Source: Spirochaetia bacterium (GTDB lineage Bacteria; Spirochaetota; Spirochaetia; SZUA-6; Bin103). Taken from it: a stretch of 64,000 nt of DNA. The position numbers and the translations under genes were made by a program. Below, piece by piece: positions 1 to 11,735 of the stretch; position 1 is the stretch's first letter, and the number at the start of each line of letters is the position of its first letter. The DNA lies in the NCBI GenBank assembly GCA_965203515.1, contig OZ241907.1, forward strand, positions 1,594,129 to 1,658,128, written 5' to 3'. The notes beneath the pieces are model-generated. The model saw only the letters and a program-made list of their open reading frames with translations. It did not search any database and was not told the origin of the DNA.

Positions 1-123
1 CAAGGCATCGGCGATGACGACCTCGTCGAGCGGGCCGGCCACCGCGCCGACCGCCGCCGACTTGCCGACCGCGGTCGGTCCGAAGATCACCGGGATCGCC
101 CGGCGGCGACAGGGCACGCCCAC
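1..123 (-). CDS. miaA: tRNA dimethylallyltransferase, 5' part (runs off window start)
   Basis: Manual translation of minus strand: ...AIPVIFGPTAVGKSAAVGAVAGPLDEVVIADAL, matching the MiaA P-loop GPTAxGK and the following 'EIISADS'-like motif; lies downstream of rpoZ. Start codon uncertain. Confidence 0.8.
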   Translation of the reverse strand, partial: MGVPCRRRAIPVIFGPTAVGKSAAVGAVAGPLDEVVIADAL

Positions 124-154
124 CGGCGGCTGCGCGGCGGCTTCTTCGGGGCTG

Positions 155-379
155 CTACGGCCCCTGTTCCGACTCCTGGTCGATCTCCGTGCGCTCTATC
201 TCGTAGCGGACCTTCCGGGTCAGGATCTGCTTGACGGCGGTGGAGACGACCTTGCCGCCGTTGGCCTCCACGTCCTCATCGGCGGCAAGGCTGAGCTGAT
301 TGGCGCGGCGGATGGCGGCCGAGCAGAGCTCGTAACGGTTCGAGTCATCGGCTATCAGGAGATCGAGTGGCAGAACCAT
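155..379 (-). CDS. rpoZ: RNA polymerase omega subunit
   Basis: MVLPLDLLI..NRYELCSAAIRRANQL..GKVVSTAVKQILTRKVRY; RpoZ motif 'N/SRYxL....xRAxQL'. ATG at 379 preceded by TACGTT (-10-like) 7 nt upstream. Confidence 0.85.
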   Translation of the reverse strand: MVLPLDLLIADDSNRYELCSAAIRRANQLSLAADEDVEANGGKVVSTAVKQILTRKVRYEIERTEIDQESEQGP

Positions 380-455
380 AGTCGGTAACGTAGGGCATTC
401 GGCCGCAACGGGCAAACCGGCAGGCCACTGCCGGCAAGGCAGACGGGGACTCCGG

Positions 456-2699
456 TCACTCGTCCCCTCCTACCTGCACCCGAAGCTGCTGGCCGGCCAG
501 GGTCTGGCGCGCCCAGAACAGGTTCTGGCTCGCGTCGTTGCCGCCCGCCACCAGGTTCGCGGTGCCGGTCGCGGTGGTGCCGCCGCTCGGCGCCGCCGTA
601 AAGGTCACGGTTGGCGCGGTCACGTAGCCGCTCCCCCCGTTGGTAATCTCCACCGACCGGATGACGTATTCGAAGACCGCGGTGCCGACCGCCCTGGTGC
701 CGCCGGTCGGCGCCGCCGTAAAGGAGACGGTCGGGGCGGAGGTGTAGCCGCTGCCGGGGTTGGTGACCGTCGCCGACGGAACGGCGTAGACCACGCTGGC
801 GGTGGCGGTCGCCCCGCTGCCGCCACCGCCGGAAAAGGAGACGGTGGGCGCCGAGGTGTAGCCGCTCCCCGCGGTCCCGGCCGTCACCGAGCCGACCCCG
901 TAGTTCATCACCGCGGTGCCGGTCGCCGCGGTGCCGCCGGACGGCGCCGAAAAGGTCACGGTGGGCGCCGAGGTGTAGCCGCTCCCCCCGGCGGTGACCA
1001 TCACCTCATCCGCCTCGACGACCACGGTCGCGGTGGCGGCCGCCCCGCTGCCGCCGCCGCCGGAGAAGGAGACGGTGGGCGCCGAGGTGTAGCCGCTCCC
1101 CCCGCTGGTGACGTCAACCCCGGTGATGGTGCTGCCCATCACCGCGCGGTAGCCGGCGCCGCTGCCGCCGCCGCCGGTAAAGGTGATCGTGGGGGCGGAG
1201 GTGTAGCCGCTCCCCGCGTTGGTGACGTCGACCCCTCGAATGTTGGAGTACATTCTCACGTTGAACGCTGCCCCCGTGCCTACCGTAATGGAGACCGTGG
1301 GGGGCGAGGTGTAGCCGCGCCCCCGGTTGGTGAATACGAGGCGGTCCGCCCGCCCGTCTGAATGCCTGCTCAAGGTGGCGGTTGCCCTGGTGCCGCCGGA
1401 CGGCGGCGCCGAGAGGGTCACGACGGAGGCCGACGTGTAACCGCTGCCGTCGGCGGTTTTCGGCGCGCTCTGGACGGCGTCGGGCCCCCACGCGGTGCCG
1501 GTCGCGGTGGTGCCGCCGGCCCGTTGTGGGGCCGAGAAGGTCGCGGTCGGGACCGAGGTGTAGCCGCTCCCGTACTGATTGCCGATCCTCGTCACGGAAG
1601 CGACGCTGTCGGGCCCGGTCGCGGCGGCGGCAGCTCCGCTGCCGCCGCCGCCGGAGAAGGAGACGGTGGGGGGCGAGGTGTAGCCGCTGCCGGCGGTCCC
1701 GACGTTCACCGAAGTGACGGCCCCGCGCGTCGTCGCGGTGGCGGTCGCGCCGCTGCCGCCGCCGCCCGAAATGGTGACCGTGGGCGCCCCCGTATAGCCC
1801 GCTCCCCGGGTATCGAGCGTCACCGAAGCGACGCGGCCGCTGAGCGCCGCGGTGCCGGCCGCGTCGGTGCCGCCGGCCGGCGCCGCCGAGAAGGAGACGG
1901 TGGGCGCCGAGGTGTAGCCGCTGCCGGCGGTATCCATGTCCACCGAAACGACGCTGCCGCTGATATCCGCGGTGGCGGCCGCGCCACTGCCGCCGCCGCC
2001 GGAAAAGGAGATGGTGGGCGCCGAGTTGTAGCCGGCGCCGGCGGTCGTGACGTTCACCGAACCGACGCCGCCGCCGCCCGCTACGTCGGCGGTTGCCCGG
2101 GTGCCGCCGGCCGGCGGCGCCGCCAAGGTCACGCTGGGCGCCGAGGTGTAGCCGCTGCCCCGCTCGGTAATCGTGACCGACTCGACGGTGTCCGAGGCGC
2201 CCGACTGATCCGGGGCGGTGAGCACCAGCACGATCGAGCCCGCGCTCACTTCGGCGCCAACAGTCCACTGCGCGCCTGAGATGTCGTCGGCGAAGGCCGG
2301 CGCGGTCGCCATGCTCGTGAACGGCAGTTCGTTGCCGCCGATCGACACGGTCACCGTTTCGCCCTCGGCGCCGGTGATCCCGTCCCAGGCGAACGGCTCG
2401 GAGCGGATCGTCAAGGCGCTCGGGTCCGCTGCGTCAGGCAACGGCAGCGCCGATGACCAGGCATCATCCCCGATGTCCCAGCGCTGCTCGGCCGCCGGCG
2501 AAGTCGGGGCCGGCGTGGTCGGCGACCCGCCATTGCCGCCGGCGCCTCCGCTCCCTCCATTGCCGCCCGCGCCGCCCGCGCCGGCGCCGGTCGCGACCGG
2601 CGGGGCCGTCTGCTGGCACGCCAGCAGGGCGATGCCGGTGACTGCGGCCAGCGCCAGAAGCGCGGCCTTGCTGCTCATACCTTTGACCTTCCTTGCCAC
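456..2699 (-). CDS. Lipoprotein with 14 GSGYTSAPTV-type beta repeats (paralog 1)
   Basis: RBS AGGAGG before GTG 2699 (alternative ATG 2678); signal peptide ending LLA-C; Gly-rich linker; conserved N-domain; 14 ~40-aa repeats; C-terminal NLFWARQTLAG motif shared with two other genes in the window. Confidence 0.85.
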   Translation of the reverse strand: MARKVKGMSSKAALLALAAVTGIALLACQQTAPPVATGAGAGGAGGNGGSGGAGGNGGSPTTPAPTSPAAEQRWDIGDDAWSSALPLPDAADPSALTIRSEPFAWDGITGAEGETVTVSIGGNELPFTSMATAPAFADDISGAQWTVGAEVSAGSIVLVLTAPDQSGASDTVESVTITERGSGYTSAPSVTLAAPPAGGTRATADVAGGGGVGSVNVTTAGAGYNSAPTISFSGGGGSGAAATADISGSVVSVDMDTAGSGYTSAPTVSFSAAPAGGTDAAGTAALSGRVASVTLDTRGAGYTGAPTVTISGGGGSGATATATTRGAVTSVNVGTAGSGYTSPPTVSFSGGGGSGAAAAATGPDSVASVTRIGNQYGSGYTSVPTATFSAPQRAGGTTATGTAWGPDAVQSAPKTADGSGYTSASVVTLSAPPSGGTRATATLSRHSDGRADRLVFTNRGRGYTSPPTVSITVGTGAAFNVRMYSNIRGVDVTNAGSGYTSAPTITFTGGGGSGAGYRAVMGSTITGVDVTSGGSGYTSAPTVSFSGGGGSGAAATATVVVEADEVMVTAGGSGYTSAPTVTFSAPSGGTAATGTAVMNYGVGSVTAGTAGSGYTSAPTVSFSGGGGSGATATASVVYAVPSATVTNPGSGYTSAPTVSFTAAPTGGTRAVGTAVFEYVIRSVEITNGGSGYVTAPTVTFTAAPSGGTTATGTANLVAGGNDASQNLFWARQTLAGQQLRVQVGGDE

Positions 2700-2764
2700 T
2701 TGATTCCTTCCTCCTGAGTGCGCCGGGCCGGAGCTGCCGCGGCCGGCCAGAATCTTCGGTCTAT

Positions 2765-2787
2765 GGGGGGGGGGGGGGGGGGGGGGG
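2765..2787. repeat. G23 homopolymer (C23 on the sense strand) in the 5' leader of lipoprotein paralog 1
   Basis: Counted directly: 23 consecutive G. Confidence 0.9.
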
Positions 2788-2799
2788 AGCATGCGTTTC

Positions 2800-2828
2800 A
2801 GTATCGGCGTCGGTCGAATCGGTGTCAA
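2800..2828 (-). promoter_or_regulatory. Sigma70-type promoter for lipoprotein paralog 1
   Basis: TTGACA (2828-2823), 17-nt spacer, GATACT (2805-2800) on the minus strand; the C23 tract begins 12 nt past the -10. Confidence 0.7.
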
Positions 2829-2836
2829 CGCAGAGG

Positions 2837-3496
2837 TCAGTCGAGAAGATTGCGCGACCGCAGCGCCTCCAGTATCTTGCCGACGACCGCGTGCTGGTCG
2901 AGGTCTTCGGTGTCGACGACGCAGTCGGCTTGCGCGGCGTCGTCGATGTCGATGTCGTACAGCCGCAGATAGCGGCGGCGGTCGCGGCGGTCGCGCACGC
3001 CGGTGGCAGCGAGCGCGGCGCGATACGATATCGCCTCCCGCGACGCGATGCGCGCCGCCCGCGTCTGCTGAGACGCCTCCAGGTAGACCGACAGATCCTG
3101 CTCGTCGAGTAGCCAGATCGCCAGCCGCGTGCCGACCACGCACCCGCCTTCGGCGGCAAGCTCCACCAGCCGGTGGTCCAGATCGTGATCGACCGATTGA
3201 TCGTACTCGGCCAGTTCCCAGAGCTGCTCGAAGGTCAATCCGCGCTCGCGCGCCAAGTCGCGCAGGGTGAAGTTGATCAGCCGCAAGCCGAGCCGTTCGG
3301 CGACCAGGCGCGACACGGTGGAGTTGCCGCAGCCCGACTTGCCGGAGATCGTGATCACCAGCCGGCCGGCGCGGCCGCTCATCCGGCCATCTTCGCCCCG
3401 CGGCGCCGCCGAGGAGCGGGTCGCCGCGCGATCGCTCGACGCCGGCCGATCGCTCGACGCCGGCCGGTCGCTCGACGCCGGCCGGTCACTCGACAT
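2837..3496 (-). CDS. cmk: Cytidylate kinase (archaeal-type/Cmk2-like)
   Basis: ITISGKSGCGNSTVS P-loop variant, 'VVGTRLAIW', 'RDRRDRRRYLRLYDID'. Start may be ATG 3496 or the later 'MSGR' ATG. Confidence 0.8.
   Translation of the reverse strand: MSSDRPASSDRPASSDRPASSDRAATRSSAAPRGEDGRMSGRAGRLVITISGKSGCGNSTVSRLVAERLGLRLINFTLRDLARERGLTFEQLWELAEYDQSVDHDLDHRLVELAAEGGCVVGTRLAIWLLDEQDLSVYLEASQQTRAARIASREAISYRAALAATGVRDRRDRRRYLRLYDIDIDDAAQADCVVDTEDLDQHAVVGKILEALRSRNLLD
3429..3493. repeat. 18-bp tandem repeat (~3.5 copies, SSDRPA) at the cmk 5' end
   Basis: cgatcgctcgacgccggc unit repeated with minor changes. Confidence 0.8.
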
Positions 3497-3501
3497 GACG
3501 G

Positions 3502-4386
3502 TCACTCCACATTGCGTAGCTGCTCGCGCATGCGCTCGACGTTCTCCTTGACCGCCAGCACGTGGCCGTCGACGTCGGCCGACGCCGCCTTGGCGACGAT
3601 CGTATTGGCCTCGCGGAGCACCTCCTGACAATAGAACTCGAGCTTCTTGCCGTGCGGGCCCTCGACGCCGGCCATGCCGTCGCGCATGCCGTTCAGGTGC
3701 GCGCGCAGTCGCTGCAGCTCCTCGTTGACGTCGGACCGCGCCAACAGCAGGGCGACCGCGGGCACGACCCGGTCGGCGGCGGCCTCGGAGGCCAGCAGCC
3801 GGTCGATCCGTGCCTTCACGTCGCCCTCCAACCGTTCCTGCCACGCCGCCGCCAGGCTGGAGAGCCGGCCCGCCTCCGCCTCCACCCGTTGCAGACAGGC
3901 CGACAGATCGGCGGCCAGCTCCGCCCCTTCCCGCTCGCGCTCGGCGTCCAGCCGCTGCAGAGCCTGCTCGGCCGCCTCCAGCGCGCCGGCTCGGACCGCG
4001 GCGCCCGCGTGGTCCTCGCTCGGTTCCGCCTCGATCACGCCCAGGCCAAGCTGCCGGTCGGCGGCCAGCAGGTCCCGTACCGTGAGCTCCCCGCTCAGGC
4101 CTGCCGCGCGGGCGATCCCGCGCAGCAGGTCGGCGGCGGCCGCCGCCCGCGCCGCGCTTACGCGCGGCCGCGCCGCCGCGCCGGTCACCCGGATCTGCAG
4201 CTCCACGCGCCCGCGCGTCATCCGCCCGGCGATCAGCGCCCGCAGCGCCGGTTCCAGGGCGGCGAGCCCCTGCGGTACCGAGACGCCGGCATCCAGGAAG
4301 CGGTTGTTGTAGCTGCGGACTTCGGCGGTGATGTCGATCCCGTCGACGTGGCGTTCGGCACGGCCGAAACCGGTCATGCTCTTCAT
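3502..4386 (-). CDS. yicC: YicC/YloC family endoribonuclease
   Basis: MKSMTGFGR..EVRSYNNRFLD..GKKLEFYCQEVLREANTI..MREQLRNVE, the typical YicC termini. Confidence 0.95.
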   Translation of the reverse strand: MKSMTGFGRAERHVDGIDITAEVRSYNNRFLDAGVSVPQGLAALEPALRALIAGRMTRGRVELQIRVTGAAARPRVSAARAAAAADLLRGIARAAGLSGELTVRDLLAADRQLGLGVIEAEPSEDHAGAAVRAGALEAAEQALQRLDAEREREGAELAADLSACLQRVEAEAGRLSSLAAAWQERLEGDVKARIDRLLASEAAADRVVPAVALLLARSDVNEELQRLRAHLNGMRDGMAGVEGPHGKKLEFYCQEVLREANTIVAKAASADVDGHVLAVKENVERMREQLRNVE

Positions 4387-4405
4387 CGGGCGGGGCCTGC
4401 CTCAG

Positions 4406-5899
4406 CTACCGCTCTGCAGGCGCGCCCTGCAGGCGTTCGCGCAGTCGTTCGCCCAGCTTCCAGTTATCCCCGGCGCCCATGGTCACGAAGACGTCGCCCG
4501 GCCGTACCGAACGCCGCGCGATCTCCAGGGACTCCGGGTCGTCGACGCCCGGCGCATAGCGGACCGCCGGATGCCGGCGTTCGACGGCGCGGTACAGGTC
4601 GCGCCCCGATATACCGTGGTCGTTGCGCTCGCGGGCCGACGCATAGATGTCGTGCAGTATGACCCGCTCGGCATCGCCGAAGACAGTGGCGAAGTCGTCC
4701 AGCAGCCGTTCGGTACGGGAAAAGGTGTGCGGCATGAAGTCGACGACCAGCGGCCGGCCGGCAAAGAAGCGCCGCAGCCCGCTCAGGGTGACGCGTATCT
4801 CGGTGGGGTGGTGTCCGTAGTCTTCGACGAACGTGACGCCGCCCGCATCGCCGACCACCTCGCTGCGGCGCCGCGTGCCGGCGAACCGGGACAGCCCCCG
4901 TGATACGGCGTCGAAGGCGGGCGCGCCGCCGCGCAGGCGTCGGTACGCGGCGGACCCGGCCGCGACCGCCAGCGCCGCGTCCTTGGCGGAGTGGAGCCCC
5001 GGCACCCGCAGGGAGAAATCGCCGGGATACGCCGCCAGCCGGAAGCCGGTCCGGCCGGCGGCCAGCGTGACGCCGGCCAGCCGATAGGGGCCGGCGGCGG
5101 CGCGCCCGACCGGCGTGCGCACCACGTCGGTCCGCTCGGCGCCGACCGTCGCGGCGACGTCGACGGCGCCCGCATCGTCGGCGTCGTAGATCAGCTCGCC
5201 GCCGTGCGGCAGCCGCCGGCAGAACTCCACGAAGGCGGCCGCGGTGTCGCGGTAGTCGGCGAAGTAATCGACGTGCTCCCACTCCACGCCGGAAAGCACG
5301 ATGCGGTCCGGGTGGTAGTGGAGGAAGTGGCGCCGGTACTCGCAGGTCTCGGCGGCGAGCAATTCGGCGCCGCGGTTCAGGGTGCTGCGGTCGCCGAGGC
5401 TGCGGGCCGGGCTGCCGGCCAGCACCGTGGCCGGCAGCTCGAACGCATCGAGCAGGGTGCCGAGCATGGCGGTGATGGTGGTCTTGCCGTGGGTGCCGCA
5501 TACCGCGATCGCTTCGCACTGCGCGGACAGCGCTCCCAACGCCTGCGGGTAGTTGAGCAGCGGCAGACCCGCTTCCCGCGCCGCGCGCAGCTCCGGGTGG
5601 CGCTCCGGGTCGTACGCCGCCGAGTGGACCACCAGATCGACGCCGCGCACGTTGCCGGGGTCGAACCGAAGCACCGGCACGCCGATCCGTCCCAGAACCG
5701 ACGTGGTGAAGAACGGCTCGTCGACGTCGGAGCCGGTGACGACCGCGCCGCGGGCCAGCAAGACCTCCGCGAACGCCGCCATACCCTGTCCGGCGATGCC
5801 GACCAGGTGCACGGCGCGCCCGCGGAGACGGCGGAACAGCGCCGTGATCGCATCGCCGGCGGCTGCGCCGTCCCACCGACCGGGCTCAGGCGGTTGCAA
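4406..5899 (-). CDS. murC: UDP-N-acetylmuramate--L-alanine ligase
   Basis: VHLVGIAGQGM, GTHGKTT, EDYGHHPTEI, FMPHTFSRT, TMGAGD. Start approximate. Confidence 0.93.
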   Translation of the reverse strand: MQPPEPGRWDGAAAGDAITALFRRLRGRAVHLVGIAGQGMAAFAEVLLARGAVVTGSDVDEPFFTTSVLGRIGVPVLRFDPGNVRGVDLVVHSAAYDPERHPELRAAREAGLPLLNYPQALGALSAQCEAIAVCGTHGKTTITAMLGTLLDAFELPATVLAGSPARSLGDRSTLNRGAELLAAETCEYRRHFLHYHPDRIVLSGVEWEHVDYFADYRDTAAAFVEFCRRLPHGGELIYDADDAGAVDVAATVGAERTDVVRTPVGRAAAGPYRLAGVTLAAGRTGFRLAAYPGDFSLRVPGLHSAKDAALAVAAGSAAYRRLRGGAPAFDAVSRGLSRFAGTRRRSEVVGDAGGVTFVEDYGHHPTEIRVTLSGLRRFFAGRPLVVDFMPHTFSRTERLLDDFATVFGDAERVILHDIYASARERNDHGISGRDLYRAVERRHPAVRYAPGVDDPESLEIARRSVRPGDVFVTMGAGDNWKLGERLRERLQGAPAER

Positions 5900-5902
5900 C
5901 GT

Positions 5903-5974
<72 letters not shown>

Positions 5975-6040
5975 AGAAAGGGGTACCACAGCGCGTTCGG
6001 CGCTCCGGCGCACGAACTATGGAACCGGCGCGCACGCATG

Positions 6041-6571
6041 TCAACCGCCGGCGCGACTCTGCGCGTTGAGCGCGTCATGCCGCCTGCGGATCGAATCCGG
6101 CCAGCGGCTCTTGATGTACGACATCGCGGCGATGATCTCCTCGTCGGACAGGACGCCGCGATAGGCCGGCATGGCGGAACGGTAATCGAGCCCGGCGAAC
6201 CGCTGCATGCCGTACTTGGTCAGGTCGAACAGCACCTGGTCGGTGTGATGCCACGTATGCCCGGTCTCGTCGTGCGGTGGAGCGGGGAGCAATCCGTCGG
6301 CTCCCCGCTGCCGCCAGTTCGCCTGTCCTTCCAGGTTGGCGCCGTGGCACTGCGCGCACGACAGGTCGTAGACGTAACGGCCCCGTTCGACGATGCGGCG
6401 ATCGTCCGGCCGGAAGAGGGCAGCCTGCCGCTCCGGCCGCTCCGGCGGCGTGGGCTGCCGGCCGGGATGCGGCCGGAAGACGATGACCGCAGCGATGCCG
6501 GCGGCCGCCAACGCGGCCAGCCCCGCGGCAAGAACGACCGGTCGCCTCATCGCCCGCATGTTATTCACCAC
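6041..6571 (-). CDS. Membrane-anchored monoheme cytochrome c (copper-cluster associated type)
   Basis: N-terminal TM helix, CAQCH heme motif, 'APPHDETGHTWHH', 'SAMPAY'. Confidence 0.88.
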   Translation of the reverse strand: MVNNMRAMRRPVVLAAGLAALAAAGIAAVIVFRPHPGRQPTPPERPERQAALFRPDDRRIVERGRYVYDLSCAQCHGANLEGQANWRQRGADGLLPAPPHDETGHTWHHTDQVLFDLTKYGMQRFAGLDYRSAMPAYRGVLSDEEIIAAMSYIKSRWPDSIRRRHDALNAQSRAGG

Positions 6572-6622
6572 CCGCCCGCCCTTTCAACCACCCGCCGGTT
6601 CCGGCATCTCCCGGCGTCGTAC

Positions 6623-6653
6623 TTGACCTTCCCGTTCCGGGACGGTTGACCAT
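6623..6653 (+). promoter_or_regulatory. CueR/MerR-type promoter of copA
   Basis: TTGACC (6623-6628), 19-nt spacer, GACCAT (6648-6653); dyad ACCTTCC-N7-GGACGGT (6626-6646) is one mismatch from the CueR box ACCTTCC-N7-GGAAGGT. Confidence 0.8.
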
Positions 6654-6660
6654 GGCGCCC

Positions 6661-8963
<2,303 letters not shown>

Positions 8964-8967
<4 letters not shown>

Positions 8968-10010
8968 CGCGGCCGGCGGCGCGCGGATCGGTCCGGCTCG
9001 CGCTGGCGCTCCTGTGTGCCGGCGCCCTGACCGCTTGGGCGGACCAACACGTGGCGGCGACGATCGGCGACCGGCCGGTGCACCGCGCCGATCTGCTGGC
9101 GGCGGCGGCGCTCGCCCTGGAAGAGACCGAACTGGAACGCCTGCGCTGTCAGGCCGCGGCCGACCGGCGCCACGCTGACGTCCTGCGGAGCTTTCTCCGG
9201 GACATCGTGCACCGGCGACTGCTCGACCTGGAGGCCGACCGCACCGGGACGACTGCGGACACGATGCTGGCGGCGGTCCGCGCGTCGGCGCCGCCGGTCG
9301 AGACGGAGGCGGTCGAAACGTTCTACCTGCGGAACCGGGACCGCATTCCGTACTCGCTGGCGGCGGTCGCCGATCAGATCCGCGCGTTGCTGCAGCAGCA
9401 GGCGGAGCAGCGCGCCGAGGAGGAGTTTCTCGACGGCCTGGAACGGCGGTTTGCGGTCGATTACCGGCTCGAGCCGTTTCGGATCGACGTGGACGCCGAC
9501 GGCTTCGCCGCCCGCGGGCCGGCCGGCGCGCCGGTGACGATCGTCGAGTTCTCGGACTTCGAGTGCCCGTACTGCGCCTCGATCCAGCCCGCCCTGGAGC
9601 GGGCCGGCCGGGAGTACGCCGGCCGCCTGCGGATCGTCTACCGCCACCTCCCGTTGACCGAAATCCACGCGCACGCGCAGAAAGCGGCCGAGGCGGCGCT
9701 CTGCGCGGGCGAGCAAGGCCGGTTCTGGGAGCTGCACGACCTCATGTTCGCCGAGCAGGGCGCCTTGTCCGTGCCCGATCTCAAGGACAAGGCCGGACGG
9801 ATCGGTCTTGACCGAACGGCGTTCGACGCGTGCCTCGATTCGGGCCGGCACTACGAAACGGTGCGCGCCGACGTCCGCGCCGCGGCGGCCGCCGGGGTGT
9901 CGAGCACGCCGGCCCTGCTCGTCAACGGCCGGCCGCTGCCGTCGGGCGCCGTTCCGTTCGAGACGATCGCCGCGGCCATCGACGACGAGCTCGACCGCCT
10001 GGGCCGATGA
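8964..10010 (+). CDS. DsbA-family thioredoxin-domain protein with N-terminal helical (SurA-like) region
   Basis: GTG overlaps the copA stop; signal peptide; 'VTIVEFSDFECPYC', 'GVSSTPALLVNG'. Confidence 0.88.
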
Positions 10011-10045
10011 CTTGGCAGGTCTCGCTCAAGACGCATACAGAGCGG

Positions 10046-11143
10046 TCAGCTCCGCGACGACCGCTCAACGCCCGATCGAACGTACTCCTGAAGGTGACAT
10101 GCGGCGCCGAACATCTCGACTCGCCACTGCTCGTCCGATCGAAGCCGCCGCCGCAGTCGAACGGTGCCCGGCGCCGGCGTCCGCCGCAGCCGGATGCCCG
10201 ACTCCCTGATCGTTCGGTCGACCGCATGTGCCCGGCGAGCCGGGCGGCTCGAATCGGCCCTCGCCGTGGCATACGCGCGTGAAGTCCTGGCAAGAATTCG
10301 CTGCGCATCGCGGTCGCTCGGCAGCGTACGGCCACCTCGCCGCCACGGAGCGAGCAGCGCGACGGGATCAGGAGCCAGCAACCGCTTCCACACGCGGGGT
10401 TCGTCGGCGGTCTCGGCGCCGTGGTGCGGCACCTTGAACGCGGATGCCGTGTCGGGAGGACGCGTCCTGTCCTGCAGAATCTTCAACCAGCCGCCCTTCT
10501 CCAGGTCGGAACCGAGCAGTACCGCAACGTCGCCGACCTCCACCCGAAGCACCACGGAAGCGTCGTTTGGAGAGAGGCTGGAGATTCTGGTCTCGGCTTG
10601 CCCGGTCTTTGGCATCAAACGGCCTAGATCGCTCATGAACTGGAGGAACGCTTCGTCGTCAGGTGAGAGCGCCCGGATGCGACACGTCCCCTTCTCAAGA
10701 ATATAACGGTTGGCTACTGCCAAGATGGGCGTGGATGACGCTTCCCGAAGTAGGGAAAATACCCGGTGTAGCTCGCGCACGCCGGAGCCGAAAGAAGCAT
10801 GGTGACGGTCTTCAAGAGCGTCGATCATGGCCAAAAACTCCTCGTTACACAGGACAATTGCACAGCAAAAGGATGCCTTCGCACAGACCTGCACCATCCG
10901 TGCAAGGCCTCGTATGTGGTCGTCGTGCCAGTGGGTGGCCACGATCATCGCCACTGCCTGGGACGGATCGACGCCGATGGCCCGCAGATAGTCCAGCGCG
11001 GCCGGGGCGTCGGAACGTCCACAGGAATCGACCAGAATCCAGGCGCCGTCGCCGACGTGCATGACCACGCTTTCGCCATATCCGGGACCGATGAGGGTCA
11101 GTTCGACTTCATCGGCCCTTGGGGGTTGCCCGCCGTACGTCAC
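10046..11143 (-). CDS. Metallo-beta-lactamase-fold hydrolase (ComEC/Rec2-like, putative nuclease)
   Basis: GPGYGES, VDS, THWHDDH, 'NDASVVL', 'LLGSD', 'KVPHHG'. GTG 11143 overlaps the upstream TGA. Confidence 0.85.
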   Translation of the reverse strand: MTYGGQPPRADEVELTLIGPGYGESVVMHVGDGAWILVDSCGRSDAPAALDYLRAIGVDPSQAVAMIVATHWHDDHIRGLARMVQVCAKASFCCAIVLCNEEFLAMIDALEDRHHASFGSGVRELHRVFSLLREASSTPILAVANRYILEKGTCRIRALSPDDEAFLQFMSDLGRLMPKTGQAETRISSLSPNDASVVLRVEVGDVAVLLGSDLEKGGWLKILQDRTRPPDTASAFKVPHHGAETADEPRVWKRLLAPDPVALLAPWRRGGRTLPSDRDAQRILARTSRAYATARADSSRPARRAHAVDRTIRESGIRLRRTPAPGTVRLRRRLRSDEQWRVEMFGAACHLQEYVRSGVERSSRS

Positions 11144-11730
11144 CGATCGATATCTTGTATCTTGAGCGCCTGCATCGTCTTGCGAGCCCACTCCCCGCCT
11201 TGTTGGAAATCGCGTTCGGTGAGCCGGGGAAGATCGCGGAACACGATCTGGGACACGCGTTTCTTCGTTCCGGAAGGATCACGTTGATAGCCGATGACCC
11301 AACGGAAGATACCGCCTTCCCGCAACGTTGCGGCATCTCCGTCGGAGATTTCGGCCAATGGAATGGTCGCCTCTTCCTCCTCATGCGATGACCCGGCGGT
11401 CAAATCGACCAGCCTCGCCACGAACTCGCCGCCATGTATCTCCAATACATATCCCTCCCATTCCTGCAGAGCGTGAAATGAGGATCGCGGGACATTGGCG
11501 CCGTATTGCTCAGGAAAGGAAAGCGTCGAAGGTTCGACGGCCGGTGATCTCACCGTTCTGGTGCCAAAAACGTCGTCCTGCGCAGGAGATGTCCCTGTCA
11601 GCGCCGATTGTATCGCCTCCTCGGGCACGCGGGGAACGAGAGGCGGTACTCCGCTGACCGTCTCCTCAACGGCGCCGCCCGCATCCTCTGCGAAACTGTC
11701 AGCGGTCACCGACTGGCCGGAATGCGCCAT
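11140..11730 (-). CDS. Hypothetical protein: low-complexity N-terminus plus beta-rich C-terminal domain
   Basis: Acidic/Pro/Ser-rich first ~85 aa, then LQEWEGYVLEI..FVARLVDLT..GGIFRWVIGY..RVSQIVFRDLP; tightly coupled to both neighbours. Confidence 0.75.
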   Translation of the reverse strand: MAHSGQSVTADSFAEDAGGAVEETVSGVPPLVPRVPEEAIQSALTGTSPAQDDVFGTRTVRSPAVEPSTLSFPEQYGANVPRSSFHALQEWEGYVLEIHGGEFVARLVDLTAGSSHEEEEATIPLAEISDGDAATLREGGIFRWVIGYQRDPSGTKKRVSQIVFRDLPRLTERDFQQGGEWARKTMQALKIQDIDR

Positions 11731-11735
11731 GCGCG

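Noticed and set aside
456-2699. Prophage or tailocin origin because GSGY repeats resemble phage virion proteins
   Set aside because: No other phage genes nearby, and the genes carry lipoprotein signal peptides.
2700-3143. N-terminal extension of the 895-aa ORF (and the similar extension 60271-60438 of paralog 3)
   Set aside because: It overlaps cmk and a promoter, and reads the homopolymer as poly-Pro; the RBS and signal peptide place the real start downstream.
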